Positions 1 to 11,700 of a DNA stretch of 34,389 nucleotides are shown here, in pieces. How positions within the stretch are numbered: position 1 is the stretch's first letter; every line of letters begins with the position of its first letter. The notes beneath the pieces are model-generated. The model made no database searches, had not been told where the DNA came from, and saw nothing but the letters and a program-made list of their open reading frames with translations. Origin of the DNA: Convolutriloba macropyga (taxonomy: Eukaryota). Where the stretch lies: NCBI RefSeq assembly GCF_964194025.1, contig NC_134472.1, positions 434,001-468,389 on the forward strand. The letters are read 5' to 3'. A program made the position numbers and the translations under genes.

Positions 1-86
1 ACAGCCATTTATAGTCCGTATCAGTACGAAAACTTACAGATCCGTCTAAAACTTTTTCAGCTTACATGAGTTAATAATTAATAACC

Positions 87-2372
87 TTTCCCTTTCCATA
101 TATGGCAAGAACTAGTGCTTCGACACTTAACACATTGCTCTACACTCATCTTCCAACCTGAGAACGTGGCAAAGTAGATATGGTTCAGGCAAAGCCGACT
201 CGATCACTGACTTGGCCATTGTCAAAGTCTGCTCAAAACATCAGCATGGGAATCTGCTGTCTTGGTGTGTCTTTAATTTCGGAGTCGAATCTCATCATCG
301 CTATTGCCCATCTCGTGATTCTTGCTGATGCCGTTAAGAATTGGTCTGGTGCAAAGAGATATTTCAGAGGATTTTGGTCAGCCTGTGAACTGAACCTCCC
401 TCCGAACTTGAATCGTATAATTCCTGTGACCGCAAAGACAATTCCAAGTTGCGCTCGCTTATTTTGGGGAACTTGGAATCGGCTAGTGACATTCTTCTGG
501 ACATGTAGATGAGAAGACTCAACCTTTTGTTTTTTTTGAGGCGTCTGTTTTAACAGCTGCTTCTTTGTAAACTCGTCTGCTCGAACTTCGTTCAAAGGTA
601 ACATTTTCGCAGCAATATCTGGTAAAAATTGACCAAAAATAATTGGTCAGCCCTCAAAATACACAGGTTGTTTCACGTTTGATGGTGGTTTCGCATTTTT
701 TTCAATTTTCTCAACATGCTTTGGATTGGGTGATTTTCTTTCTTTAGAAACAGAGCAACCAAGGAAATTAACGCTTGAGCTGGTTTTGGGTTGAAAGTTT
801 CGTTGATAAAATTTTGATCAGGTAGTCAACTTTTGACTGCAAGCGCTCACTTCTCATAATGCTCTTTCGTTGTTCCATATACCAGTAAATTGTCTTGAAA
901 GATGACCACAACCTTGACTCCTTTGAGGGTTGATTCCATGCAATTCCTGAAGATTGATGAAGAGTGCAAGCCGTGAAAAAGCCAGCCCATCTTAAACAAT
1001 CTTTGACTAACGTGTTAATTGTGCATATTTCGTATCCCCAAATCGCAAATGGATTGTATGCGTCTGATAGATCAATTTTGTCAAAGTATGAAGACTCGTG
1101 GAGATTATGGATGATAGTCTCCATATGTCTCAGACTGGATAATCCTCGTCCAAAACTTTGCCACAAATATGAACCCTCAGGTCCTCTTTGACACTGTTTT
1201 CTAAAGGTAGAGGTTTCATTCTGGGTAGAAGAATGATGGGTGATCCCGGTACGAGTATCACGTGTGACTTGTACCCCTCAACTGCAGGCAGTGTCTCATC
1301 ACACCTTTTTGAACCTCGAACTCTCCTAAGCAGCTCGAATTCTTTGTCAGCCTGCACATCTGCCAGTTTTTGATGCCCACACTACTTCCATTCCACGGAA
1401 CAGATTCTTTCCCAGAAGCGTTAGTTGATGACCATCATAAGCCTCATCAGCGTCCCCATATAAAAAAGATTTACTAAGCGAATGATGATATTAGTGTACA
1501 ATGGACACGGTATCGCCAGTTTCCGTTTTGAACGATTTTGGACCACCTAGCCTCCCTCCTTCCTCGCAAATTTGTGTAGGCCAAATTTAAGCCGGGATTT
1601 ACATCTGCACACTCTAGCAACGTGCCCCTACTTTTCACAGGAGTTACTTTTCTTGTTCAAAGCCAGACTTGACTTCTTGCTCTGTGGCGTCCCTCTACAT
1701 CTGTTACACAAGGTATCATTGTTTTTATTACCAGTGAATTTCTCTTTTGGTTTTCTTAAGGTCTTTTTTAAGTTGTATCCCACTACTTTTATTTGCGTTT
1801 TTTTACCAAAAGAGGAACTTGCGGAAGGCATTGCTCGACTTTTGAACTGTAAACTTTTTGTCATTTCAGAAAACGACGCCATTGATTGATTTTTTAATGC
1901 CGTCTAGTAGTCTTAATTTTGCCTGAGGATCTCAAACTTAAGATAAACCTAATCTGTACTAACTCATCGGTGTTGGTTGCCGTTTTAAGTGTATCAAAGT
2001 CACGGTAGCGTGATTCATCTCCAAAACACTCTGTAAAATGTCATCAGACTTTCCTACGCCTTGTATAACGGACCGAAAGTTGGCCTTTTGTTGACGCTTT
2101 ACTCCCTCTTTAGGAAAAACGTAGTTTTGAATCCCTATTCTAATCTCTTTGAAAGGATTACCCAAAAGCTGTTTTCCTCAGAAGTGCAGTTTCGGCCACA
2201 CATACTAAGAAAGAGATTTGTAACTTATAGGTCCTCGACGGTGCCGTCTGTGTTGACTTTGAGCATTTTCTTCTCTGCGCAACATTTCGTTGTCTTCATA
2301 AATACTAGAACTGTCATTTCTTGCATTATAATGTAAAACAGGTTACGTGGTTGTCTCGAGCACGAGTCACAA
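87..2372 (-). pseudogene. Gypsy gag-pol remnant, copy A (gag, PR, RT, RNase H fragments; no integrase)
   Basis: ORF fragments 1959-2165, 1628-1882, 1130-1357, 768-1166 and 233-604 are consecutive frameshifted pieces; RT catalytic motif reads FQDN near 890-900. Confidence 0.88.
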
Positions 2373-2512
2373 GTACTTTATACATTAAAAAACTTAAATC
2401 AAATTGGCCTCATTAGAGAAAAATTCACAGCCATTTATAGTCCGTATCAGTACGAAAACTTACAGATCCGTCTAAAACTTTTTCAGCTTACATGAGTTAA
2501 TAATTAATAACC
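2373..2512 (-). repeat. Putative ~140-bp LTR shared between adjacent copies (others at 1-86, 4633-4765, 7154-7291, 8129-8268)
   Basis: On the minus strand it follows a polypurine tract GGAAAGGG(G)AAAG (~2512-2523, 4766-4777, 8269-8281), contains CTATAAAT (2433-2440) and precedes a PBS-like TTGTGACTCGTG (2361-2372) and gag. Canonical TG...CA termini are degraded. Confidence 0.72.
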
Positions 2513-4632
2513 TTTCCCTTTCCATATATGGCAAGAACTAGTGCTTCGACACTTAACACATTGCTCTACACTCATCTTCCAACCTGAGAACGTGGCAAAG
2601 TAGATATGGTTCAGGCAAAGCCGACTCGATCACTGACTTGGCCATTGTCAAAGTCTGCTCAAAACATCAGCATGGGAATCTGCTGTCTTGGTGTGTCTTT
2701 AATTTCGGAGTCGAATCTCATCATCGCTATTGCCCATCTCGTGATTCTTGCTGATGCCGTTAAGAATTGGTCTGGTGCAAAGAGATATTTCAGAGGATTT
2801 TGGTCAGCCTGTGAACTGAACCTCCCTCCGAACTTGAATCGTATAATTCCTGTGACCGCAAAGACAATTCCAAGTTGCGCTCGCTTATTTTGGGGAACTT
2901 GGAATCGGCTAGTGACATTCTTCTGGACATGTAGATGAGAAGACTCAACCTTTTGTTTTTTTTGAGGCGTCTGTTTTAACAGCTGCTTCTTTGTAAACTC
3001 GTCTGCTCGAACTTCGTTCAAAGGTAACATTTTCGCAGCAATATCTGGTAAAAATTGACAAAAAATAATTGGTCAGCCCTCAAAATACACAGGTTGTTTC
3101 ACGTTTGATGGTGGTTTCGCATTTTTTTCAATTTTCTCAACATGCTTTGGATTGGGTGATTTTCTTTCTTTAGAAACAGAGCAACCAAGGAAATTAACGC
3201 TTGAGCTGGTTTTGGGTTGAAAGTTTCGTTGATAAAATTTTGATCAGGTAGTCAACTTTTGACTGCAAGCGCTCACTTCTCATAATGCTCTTTCGTTGTT
3301 CCATATACCAGTAAATTGTCTTGAAAGATGACCACAACCTTGACTCCTTTGAGGGTTGATTCCATGCAATTCCTGAAGATTGATGAAGAGTGCAAGCCGT
3401 GAAAAAGCCAGCCCATCTTAAACAATCTTTGACAAACGTGTTAATTGTGCATATTTCGTATCCCCAAATCGCAAATGGATTGTATGCGTCTGATAGATCA
3501 ATTTTGTCAAAGTATGAAGACTCGTGGAGATTATGGATGATAGTCTCCATATGTCTCAGACTGGATAATCCTCGTCCAAAACTTTGCCACAAATATGAAC
3601 CCTCAGGTCCTCTTTGACACTGTTTTCTAAAGGTAGAGGTGTCATTCTGGTTCACGCAACAGATTCGTTCCCAGAAGCGTTAGTTGATGACCATCATAAG
3701 CCTCATAAGCGCCTCCTTATAACAAAGGTTTACTAAGCGAATGATGATATTAGTGTACAATGGACACCGGTATCGTACGTGCTAGTCTCCGTTTTGAACA
3801 ATTTTGGATTACCTAGCTTCCCTCCTTCCTCGCAAGTTTGCGAAGGCCAAATTATACGGATTTAAACCGAGATTTACATCTGCACACTCTAGCAACGTGC
3901 CCCTACTTTTCACAGGAGTTGCTTTTCTTGTTCAAAGCCGGACTTGACTTCTTGCTGTGTGGCGTGCCTCTACATCTGTTGCACATGGTATCATTGCTCT
4001 TATTACCAGTGAAAATCTATTTTGGTTTTCTTAAGGTATTTTTGAAGTTATATCCCACTACTTTTATTTGCCGTTTTTTACCAAAAGAACAACTTGCGGA
4101 AGGCATTGCTTGACTTTTGAACTGTAAACCTTTTGTCATTTTAGAAAACAACGCCATTGATTGATTTTTTAATGCCTACTAGTAGTCCTAATTTCGCCTA
4201 AGATAAACCTAATCTGTACCAACTCATCGGTGTTGGTTGCTGTTTTAGGTGTTTCAAAGTCACGGTAGCGTGCTTCATCTCCACAACACTCTGAAAAAAT
4301 GTCATCAGACTTTCCTACGCCTTGGTTAACGGACAGAAATTTGGCCTTTTTTGCCGTTTTACTCCCTCTTTAGGAAAAACGAAGTTTTGAATCCCTATTC
4401 CAATCTCTTTGAAAGGAGTACCCAAAAGCTGCTTTCCTCAGAAGTGCAGTTTCGGCCACACATACTAAGAAAGAGATTTGTAACTTATAGGTCCTCGACG
4501 GTGCCGTCTGTGTTGACTTTGAGCATTTTCTTCTCTGCGCAACATTCCGTTGTCTTCATAAATACCAGAACTGTCATTTCTTGCATTATACTGTAAAACA
4601 AGTTACGTGGTGGTCTCGAGCACGAGTCACAA
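2513..4632 (-). pseudogene. Gypsy gag-pol remnant, copy B
   Basis: 2427-3650 is nearly identical to 1-1224; an ~170-bp deletion near 3651 removes PR-RT linker sequence present in copy A. Confidence 0.88.
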
Positions 4633-4765
4633 GTACTTTAAGTATTATAAAATCAAAATGGCCTCATTGTAGAAAAGTTCACGGGCATTTATAGTCCGTA
4701 TCAGTACAAAAACTTACAGATCCGTGTAAATATATTTCAGCTTACATGAGTTATTAATTAATAAC

Positions 4766-7153
4766 TTTCCCCTTTCCATACATGGCAAGAACTAGTGCTT
4801 CTACACTTAACACATTGTTCTTCCAACCTGAGCTGAGAACGTGGCAAAGTAGATATGGTTCAGGCAAAGCCGACTCGATCACTGACTTGGCCATTGTCAA
4901 AGTCTGCTCAAAACATCAGCATGGGAATCTGCTGTCTTGGAGTGTCTTTAATTTCGGAGTCGAATCTCATCATCGCTATTGTCCATCTCGTGATTCTTGC
5001 TGATGCCGTTAAGAAGTGGTCTGGTGCAAAGAGATATTTCAGAGGATTTTGGTCAGCCTGTGAACTGAGACTCCCTCCGAACTTGAATTGTATAATTCCT
5101 GTGACTGCAAAAACAATTCCAAGTTGCGCTCGCTTATTTTGGGGAACTTGGAATCGGCTGGTGACATTCTTCTGGACATGTATATGAGAAGACTCAACCT
5201 TTTGTTTTTTCGAGGCGTCTCTTTTAACAGCTGCTTCTTTTGTAAACTCCTCTGCTCGAAGATCGTTCAAAGGTAACATTTTCGCAGCAATATTTGGTAA
5301 AAATCGACCAAAAAGAAATTGGTCAGCCCTCAAAACACACAGGTTGTTTCACGCTTGATGATGATTTCGCGTTTTTTAATTTTCTCAACATGCTTTGGAT
5401 TGGGTGATTTTCTTTCTTTAGAAACAGAGCAACCAAGGAAACTAACGCTTGAGCTGGTTTTGAGTTGCATGTTTTGTTGATTATAAAACTTCGATCAGGT
5501 AGTCAATTTTTGACTGCAAGCGCTCACTTTCTTATAATGCTCCTTCGTTGTTCCATATACCAGTACATTGTTTTGAAAAATGACCACAACCTGGACACCT
5601 TTGAGGGTTGACTCGATACAAGTCTTGAAGATTGATGAAGAGTTTAAGCCGTGAAAAAGCCAGCCCATCTTAAACAATTTTTGAGACTTGTTGATTATGC
5701 ATATTTCGCTTCGTCAAATCTCAAAGTGATTGTATGCGTCTGATAGATCGATTTTATCAAAGTATGAAGACCCGTAGAGATTATGGAAGATGGTCTCCTT
5801 TTGTCTCGGACTGGATAATCTTCGTCCATAGCTTTGCCATAATGATGAACCCTCAGGTCCACGAACAGTCTTAGAGATACATTTTTCTTATACTGTCACA
5901 TTAATGGTGATGCTTTTGTCACCCCACCAGGTTGCAGTTGACTCCAGATACCCTGTCGTACTATTTTCTTAAGTTTCTCGTTGACCCTGTTTTGTAAGGG
6001 TAGAAGTATCATGCTGGGTAGAGGAATGATGGGTGATCCCGGTATGAGTTTCACGTGTGATTTGTACCCGTTGAACGCAGGCAGTGTCTCGTCAAACCTT
6101 TGTTGAAATTCGGACTCTCCTATGTAACCCAAATTTTTTGTCAGACTGCACAACTGCTAGTTGATGTTGCCCACACTACTTCCATTTCACTCAACATCGC
6201 ATGTTAGTGATCCCAAAAGCGTTAGTTGATGACCATCATAAGCCTTAAGACGTCTAATTGTCCCCATATAACTAAAGTTTAGTAAGCGAATGAAGAGATT
6301 ACTGTACAATGGGCACCGGTATCGTACGTCCCCGTCTCCGTTTCGAACAACTATGGACCAACTAGCTTCCCTCCTTCCTCGCAGTTTTGTGTAGGCCAAA
6401 TTTAACTGATTTAAGCCGGGATTTACATCTGCACATTTTAGCAACGTGCCCCTAGATTTCTTGTTCAAAACTGGACATGACTTGTTGCTGAGTGGCTTGC
6501 CTTTACATCTATTGCACAAGGTACTACTGCCTTTATTACAAGTGAACTTCTCATTTGGTTTTCTTAAGGTCTTTTTTTGCCTTTTTTTACTGAGTGAAGA
6601 ACTTGTAGAAGGCTTTCCTTGACTTTTGAACTGTAGATTTTCTGTCATTTCAGAAAGAGACGCCGTTGATTTTCTAATGCCCACTAGAAGTCTTAATTTT
6701 GCCTGAGGGTCTCAATCCTAAGTTAAACCCTATCTTTACCAACTAATCGGTGTTGGTTGCCGTTTTACGTGTTTCAAAGTCACGGTAGCGTGCTTCATCT
6801 CCAAAACAATCTCAAAAATTGTCATCAGACTCTCCTACGCCTTGGATAACGGACACAAAATTGGACTTTTTTGCCGTTTAACTTCCTCTTTAGGAAAAAC
6901 GTAATTTTGAAATTCTATTCTAACCTCGTTGAAAGGAGTATCTAGTAGCTGTTTTCCACAGAAGTGTCGTTTTCGTCACACATACTAAGAAAGAGATTTG
7001 TAAATTATAAGTCCTCTACGGTGCCGTCTGTGTTGACTTTGCGCATGTTTTTTCTCTGCGCAACATTTCGTTGTCTTCATAAAACCTAGAACTGTACCTT
7101 CTTGCATTATACTGTAAAACAGGTTACGTGGTGGTCTCGAGCACGAGTCACAA
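4766..7153 (-). pseudogene. Gypsy gag-pol remnant, copy C (most complete)
   Basis: Retains protease DTGA (~6312-6323), extra RT N-terminal sequence (QGIWSQLQPGGVTKASP, ~5850-5990) and RT core FKMGWLFHGLNSSSIF...FQNNVLVYG. Confidence 0.9.
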
Positions 7154-7291
7154 ATACTTTAACTTTTAAAAAATTGAAATTAAAATAGCCTCAATGTACA
7201 AAAATCACGGGCATTTATAGTCCGCATCAGTATGAAAACTTACAAATGCGTCCAAATATTTATCAGCTTACATGAATTAATAATTTAAAAC

Positions 7292-8128
7292 TTTCATGAC
7301 GAAATAGATGACAAAATAGAGAACATAACAAAATAGATATGGTTCAGGCAAAACAGACTCGACCACTGCCTTGGCCATTGTCAAAGTCAAGTCTGCTCAA
7401 AACATCAGCATGTGAAATCTGCTGTCTTGGTGTGTCTTTAATTCGGAGTCCGTACAAGGTACCGTTGCTTTTATTACCAGTGAGTTTCTCATTTGGTTTT
7501 CTTAAGGTCTTTTTGAAGTTGCATCCCATTACATTATTTGCGGTTTTTTACCTAGTGAAGAACTTGCAGAAGGCATTCCTTGAATTTTGAACTGTAGATT
7601 TTCTGTCACTTCAGAAAGAGACGCCGTTGATTTTCTAATGCCCACTAGAAGTCTTAATTTTGCCTCAGGGTCTCAATCCTACGTTAAACCTTATCTTTAC
7701 AAACATAACGGTGTTGGTTGCTGTTTTAAGTGTTTCAAAGTCACAGTAGCGTGCTTCATCTCTAAAACGCTCTGAGGAATCGTCATCAGACTCTCCTACG
7801 CCTTGGATAACGGACAGAAATTTTGCCCTTTCTGCCGTTGTACTCCATCTTTTAGGAAAAATGTGGTTTTGAATCCTTATTCTAAATTCTTTGAAAGGAA
7901 AATCTAATAGCTGCTTAGGGCTAATAAAATTCCTCAGAAGTGCAGTTTTGGCCACACATAATAAAAAAGAGATTTGTTACTTATAGGTCCTCGATGATGC
8001 CGTCTGTGTTGACTTTGACCATTTTCTTCTCTACGCGACAATTTGTTGTCTTCATAACACCTCGAACTGTCATTTCTTGCATTATTCTGTGAAAGAAGTT
8101 ACGTCGTGGTCTCGAGCATGAGTCACAA
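7292..8128 (-). pseudogene. Gypsy remnant, copy D (gag fused directly to RNase H tail)
   Basis: Junction near 7451 joins gag (NKSNGTLY) to IKDTPRQQISHADVLSRL; protease and RT are deleted. Confidence 0.85.
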
Positions 8129-8709
8129 AAACTTTAATTATTGAAAAGTTGAAATCAGAATGGCCTCAATGGACAAAAATTCACACGTATTTGTAGTCCG
8201 TATCAGTATGAAAACTTACAGATCCCTCTAAATATACATTAGCTGATTTGAGTTTGTAATGAATAACTCTTTCCCCTTTCCATATATGGTAAGAACTAGT
8301 GCAGTCTTCTGCACTTAATACATTGTTTTCCAACCTGAGAGCGTGATTGATGTCTACTGGGAGGATTGGCGAGTTGGTTTATGATCATCATTAATGATGG
8401 GAAGGTTGAATTTGTACCCAGATTTGTGATTTTTATACACAGACAAAAATTTGTGGTTTGAACAAACTTGAAGCAACGACTAAATTCAAATGAGGGACAA
8501 TTATTTAACAGTAGCACTTCACCAAAAACTTTTACAAAGTTTTCTTCATAAATATCGCCGTTTCAACTTAAGATCCTAAGTTCACTACTTCGAGATACTT
8601 TTTGTCTTCATAAAAAAAATCGGACTTTCATTTTTGGCATTACTTACTGTAAAACAGGTTAGTTATTAAAAAAAATCATAACTATCAACCATAAATTAAA
8701 AAAACAAAG

Positions 8710-11700
8710 GTATTTTGTTCAAAAGAAAAGCTAAAGCAGCGGATGTATAGTGAAAAACCTGAACGCTAATTCTTCTGCTAAAAAAGCAAAAAACAATGTT
8801 TAAAATAATGGGCTTTTCAATTACTAAATACCCCAGCATGGGATCTTGGACAATTGATTTTTTGATAATTCAAGTGCCTTCAAAATTCTAAACAAACCTC
8901 TGCGACTTTGTAGAGGTTTGTTCTCTTTTCGAGATATGATTTTTTTCTCGACTTTTAAACTTAAAACTTCCTTTTTTTAAAAACAGTTCTCGAATTGGAA
9001 AAATCTCTACGGTTCATAAAAGACAAAAGCGCTTTCAATATCTTCTCCTCATTGAATGTATATTTCTGGCTCGTCAGCTTGATAAATTGAGAGAAGCAAA
9101 CAAAACCAATCGAGCCAGTCTTATGAAGACATGGCTACATCAAAGCACTTAAAAATATTTACAAAGTATTACATTGCAAATTTCATGGGCATTAGCGTTT
9201 CGAAAAGAATAATAAATTTGTTCTCAGAGCAGCTCAAGAGTTTTTTTTCTGTTAACGTAATAATCAATTAATTTTTGAGCTCTAAATTTGAGCAAGCACA
9301 ATAAGGCTAAGCAGCCTGATTCTTGTGTCGCGAGGACAGATTTTTCGTTCGATATTCCAGTTCATTCCAAATAAGGGATATACCCCGCAACCAGACAAGA
9401 AACACCACTCAGTCACTTATCCAATAAAACAAGCTTAACTTTCTTCCAAAACACATTTGAAGAAAATTATATATTTGTCTCCTAGATTATGCAAAATGCT
9501 CTTCATTTGAGATTGAGTTGTATGAATCTCTTTCAACCTTTTGGTTATACATTTACCTGTTTGATGAATCTTTTTTATAGTGTTTTGTCCAAAGGTATCT
9601 GGTCCAAAAGAAAAGCTAAAGCAGCGGATGTATAGTGAAAAACCTCAACGCTAATTCTTCTGCTAAAAAGGCAAAAAAACGATTTTTACAATAATGGGCT
9701 TTTCAATTACTCAGTACCCCAGCATAGGATATTGGACAATTGATTTTTCGATAAATCAAGTGCCTTCAATAATTCTGAACAAACCTCTGCAACTTTGTAG
9801 CGTTTTGTTCTCTTTCCAAAATATGATTATTTTTTCGACTTTTAAACTTAAAACTTGCTTTTACTAAAAACAGTTCTCGAATTGGAAAAACCTCTGCGGT
9901 TCATTAAAGACAAAAGCGCTTTCAATATCTTGTTTTCATTGAGTGTATATTTCTGGCTCGTCAGCTTGATAAATTGAGAGAAACAAACAAAACCAATTGC
10001 GCCAGTCTTATGAAGACATGGCTACATCAAAGCACTTAACAATATTTACAAAGTTTTACATTGCAAATTTCATGGGCATTAGCGTTTCGAAAAGAATAAT
10101 AAATTTGTTCTCAGAGCGGCTCAAGAGTTTTTTTTTTCTATTAACGTAATAATCAATTATTTTTCAGCACTAAATTTGAGCAAGCACAATAAAGCTATGC
10201 AGCCTAATTCTTGTGTCGCGAGGACAGATTTTCCGTTCGATATTCCAGTTCATTTCAAATAAGGGATATACCCCGCAACCAGACAAGAAACACCACTCAG
10301 TCACTTATCCAATAAAACAAGCTTAATTTTCTTCCAAAACACTTTTGAAGAAAATTATATATTTGTCTCCTAGATTATGCAAAATGCTCTTCATTTGAGA
10401 TTGAGTTATATGAATCTCTTTCAACCTTTTGGTTATACTTTTACCTGTTTGATGAATCTTTTTTATAGTATTTTGTCCAAAGGTATCTGGTCCAAACGAA
10501 AAGCTAAAGCAGCGGATGTATAGTGAAAAACCTCAACGCTAATTCTTCTTCTGAAAAGGCAAAAAAACGATTTTTACAATAATGGGCTTTTCCATTACTA
10601 AGTACCCCAGCATGGGATATTGGACAATTGATTTTTCGATAAGTCAAGTGCCTTCAATAATTCTGAACAAACCTCTGCGACTTTGTAGCGTTTTGTTCTC
10701 TTTCCAAAATATGATTATTTTTTCGACTTTTAAACTTAAAACTTCCTTTTTTTAAAAACTGTTCTCGAATTGGAAAAATCTCTACGGTTCATAAAAGACA
10801 AAAGCGCTTTCAATATCTTCTCCTCATTGAGTGTATATTTCTGGCTCGTCAGCTTGATAAATTGAGAGAAACAAAAAAAAAACAATCGCGCCAGTCTTAT
10901 AAAGACATGGCTACATCAAAGCACTTAAAAATATTTACAAAGTATTACTTTGCAAATTTCATGGGCATTAGCGTTTCGAAATTAATAAATTTCGAAGATA
11001 ATAAATTTGTTCTCAGAGCGGCTCAAGAGTTTTTTTTTCTGTTAAGGTAATAATCAATTAATTTTTGAGCTCTAAATTTGAGCAAGCACAATAAGGCTAA
11101 GCAGCCTGATTCTTGTGTCGCGAGGACAGATTTTTCGTTCGATATTCCAGTTCATTCCACATAAGGGATATACCCCGCAACCAGACAAGAAACACCACTC
11201 AGTCACTTATCCAATAAAACAAGCTTAATTTTCTTCCAAAACACATTTGAAGAAAATTATATATTTGTCTCCTAGATTATGCAAAATGCTCTTCATTTGA
11301 GATTGAGTTGTATGAATCTCTTTCAACCTTTTGGTTATACATTTACCTGTTTGATGAATCTTTTTTATAGTATTTTGTCCAAAGGTATCTGGTCCAAAAG
11401 AAAAGCTAAAGCAGCGGATGTATAGTGAAAAACCTCAACGCTAATTCTTCTGCTAAAAAGGCAAAAAAAACGATTTTCACAATAATGGGCTTTTCAATTA
11501 CTCAGTACCTCAGCATAGGATATTGGACAATTGATTTTTCGATAAATCAAGTGCCTTCAATAATTCTGAACAAACCTCTGCAACTTTGTAGCGTTTTGTT
11601 CTCTTTCCAAAATATGATTATTTTCTCGACTTTTAAACTTAAAACTTGCTTTTACTAAAAACAGTTCTCGAATTGGAAAAATCTGCGGTTCATTAAAGAC

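Larger units (their letters stand above)
1..8660 (-). mobile_element. Tandem array of degenerate, internally deleted Ty3/gypsy LTR retrotransposon copies (4 internal regions plus a partial fifth)
   Basis: Equivalent positions recur at 1, 2427, 4681, 7207 and 8183. Minus-strand translation gives, in order and broken by frameshifts/stops: gag-like (RDEARYCDFETLK), a Zn-knuckle remnant (CNRC...CP.LNKK...GHVARVC), protease (YDTGAHCTVI), RT (SYFDKIDLSDAY; FQDNLLVYG) and the RNase H C-terminus (ARITRWAIAMMRFDSEIKDTP...HADVLSRL). Confidence 0.92.

Noticed and set aside
180-7775. Repeated plus-strand ORFs (e.g. 180-512, 2606-2938, 4855-5187)
   Set aside because: Antisense shadows of the Gypsy gag-pol remnants; they recur only because the DNA is duplicated.
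9945-9970. Hammerhead-like core CTGACGA-GCCA-GAAA on the minus strand of each monomer
   Set aside because: No stem II can form, and I could not build stems I and III around an NUH site.
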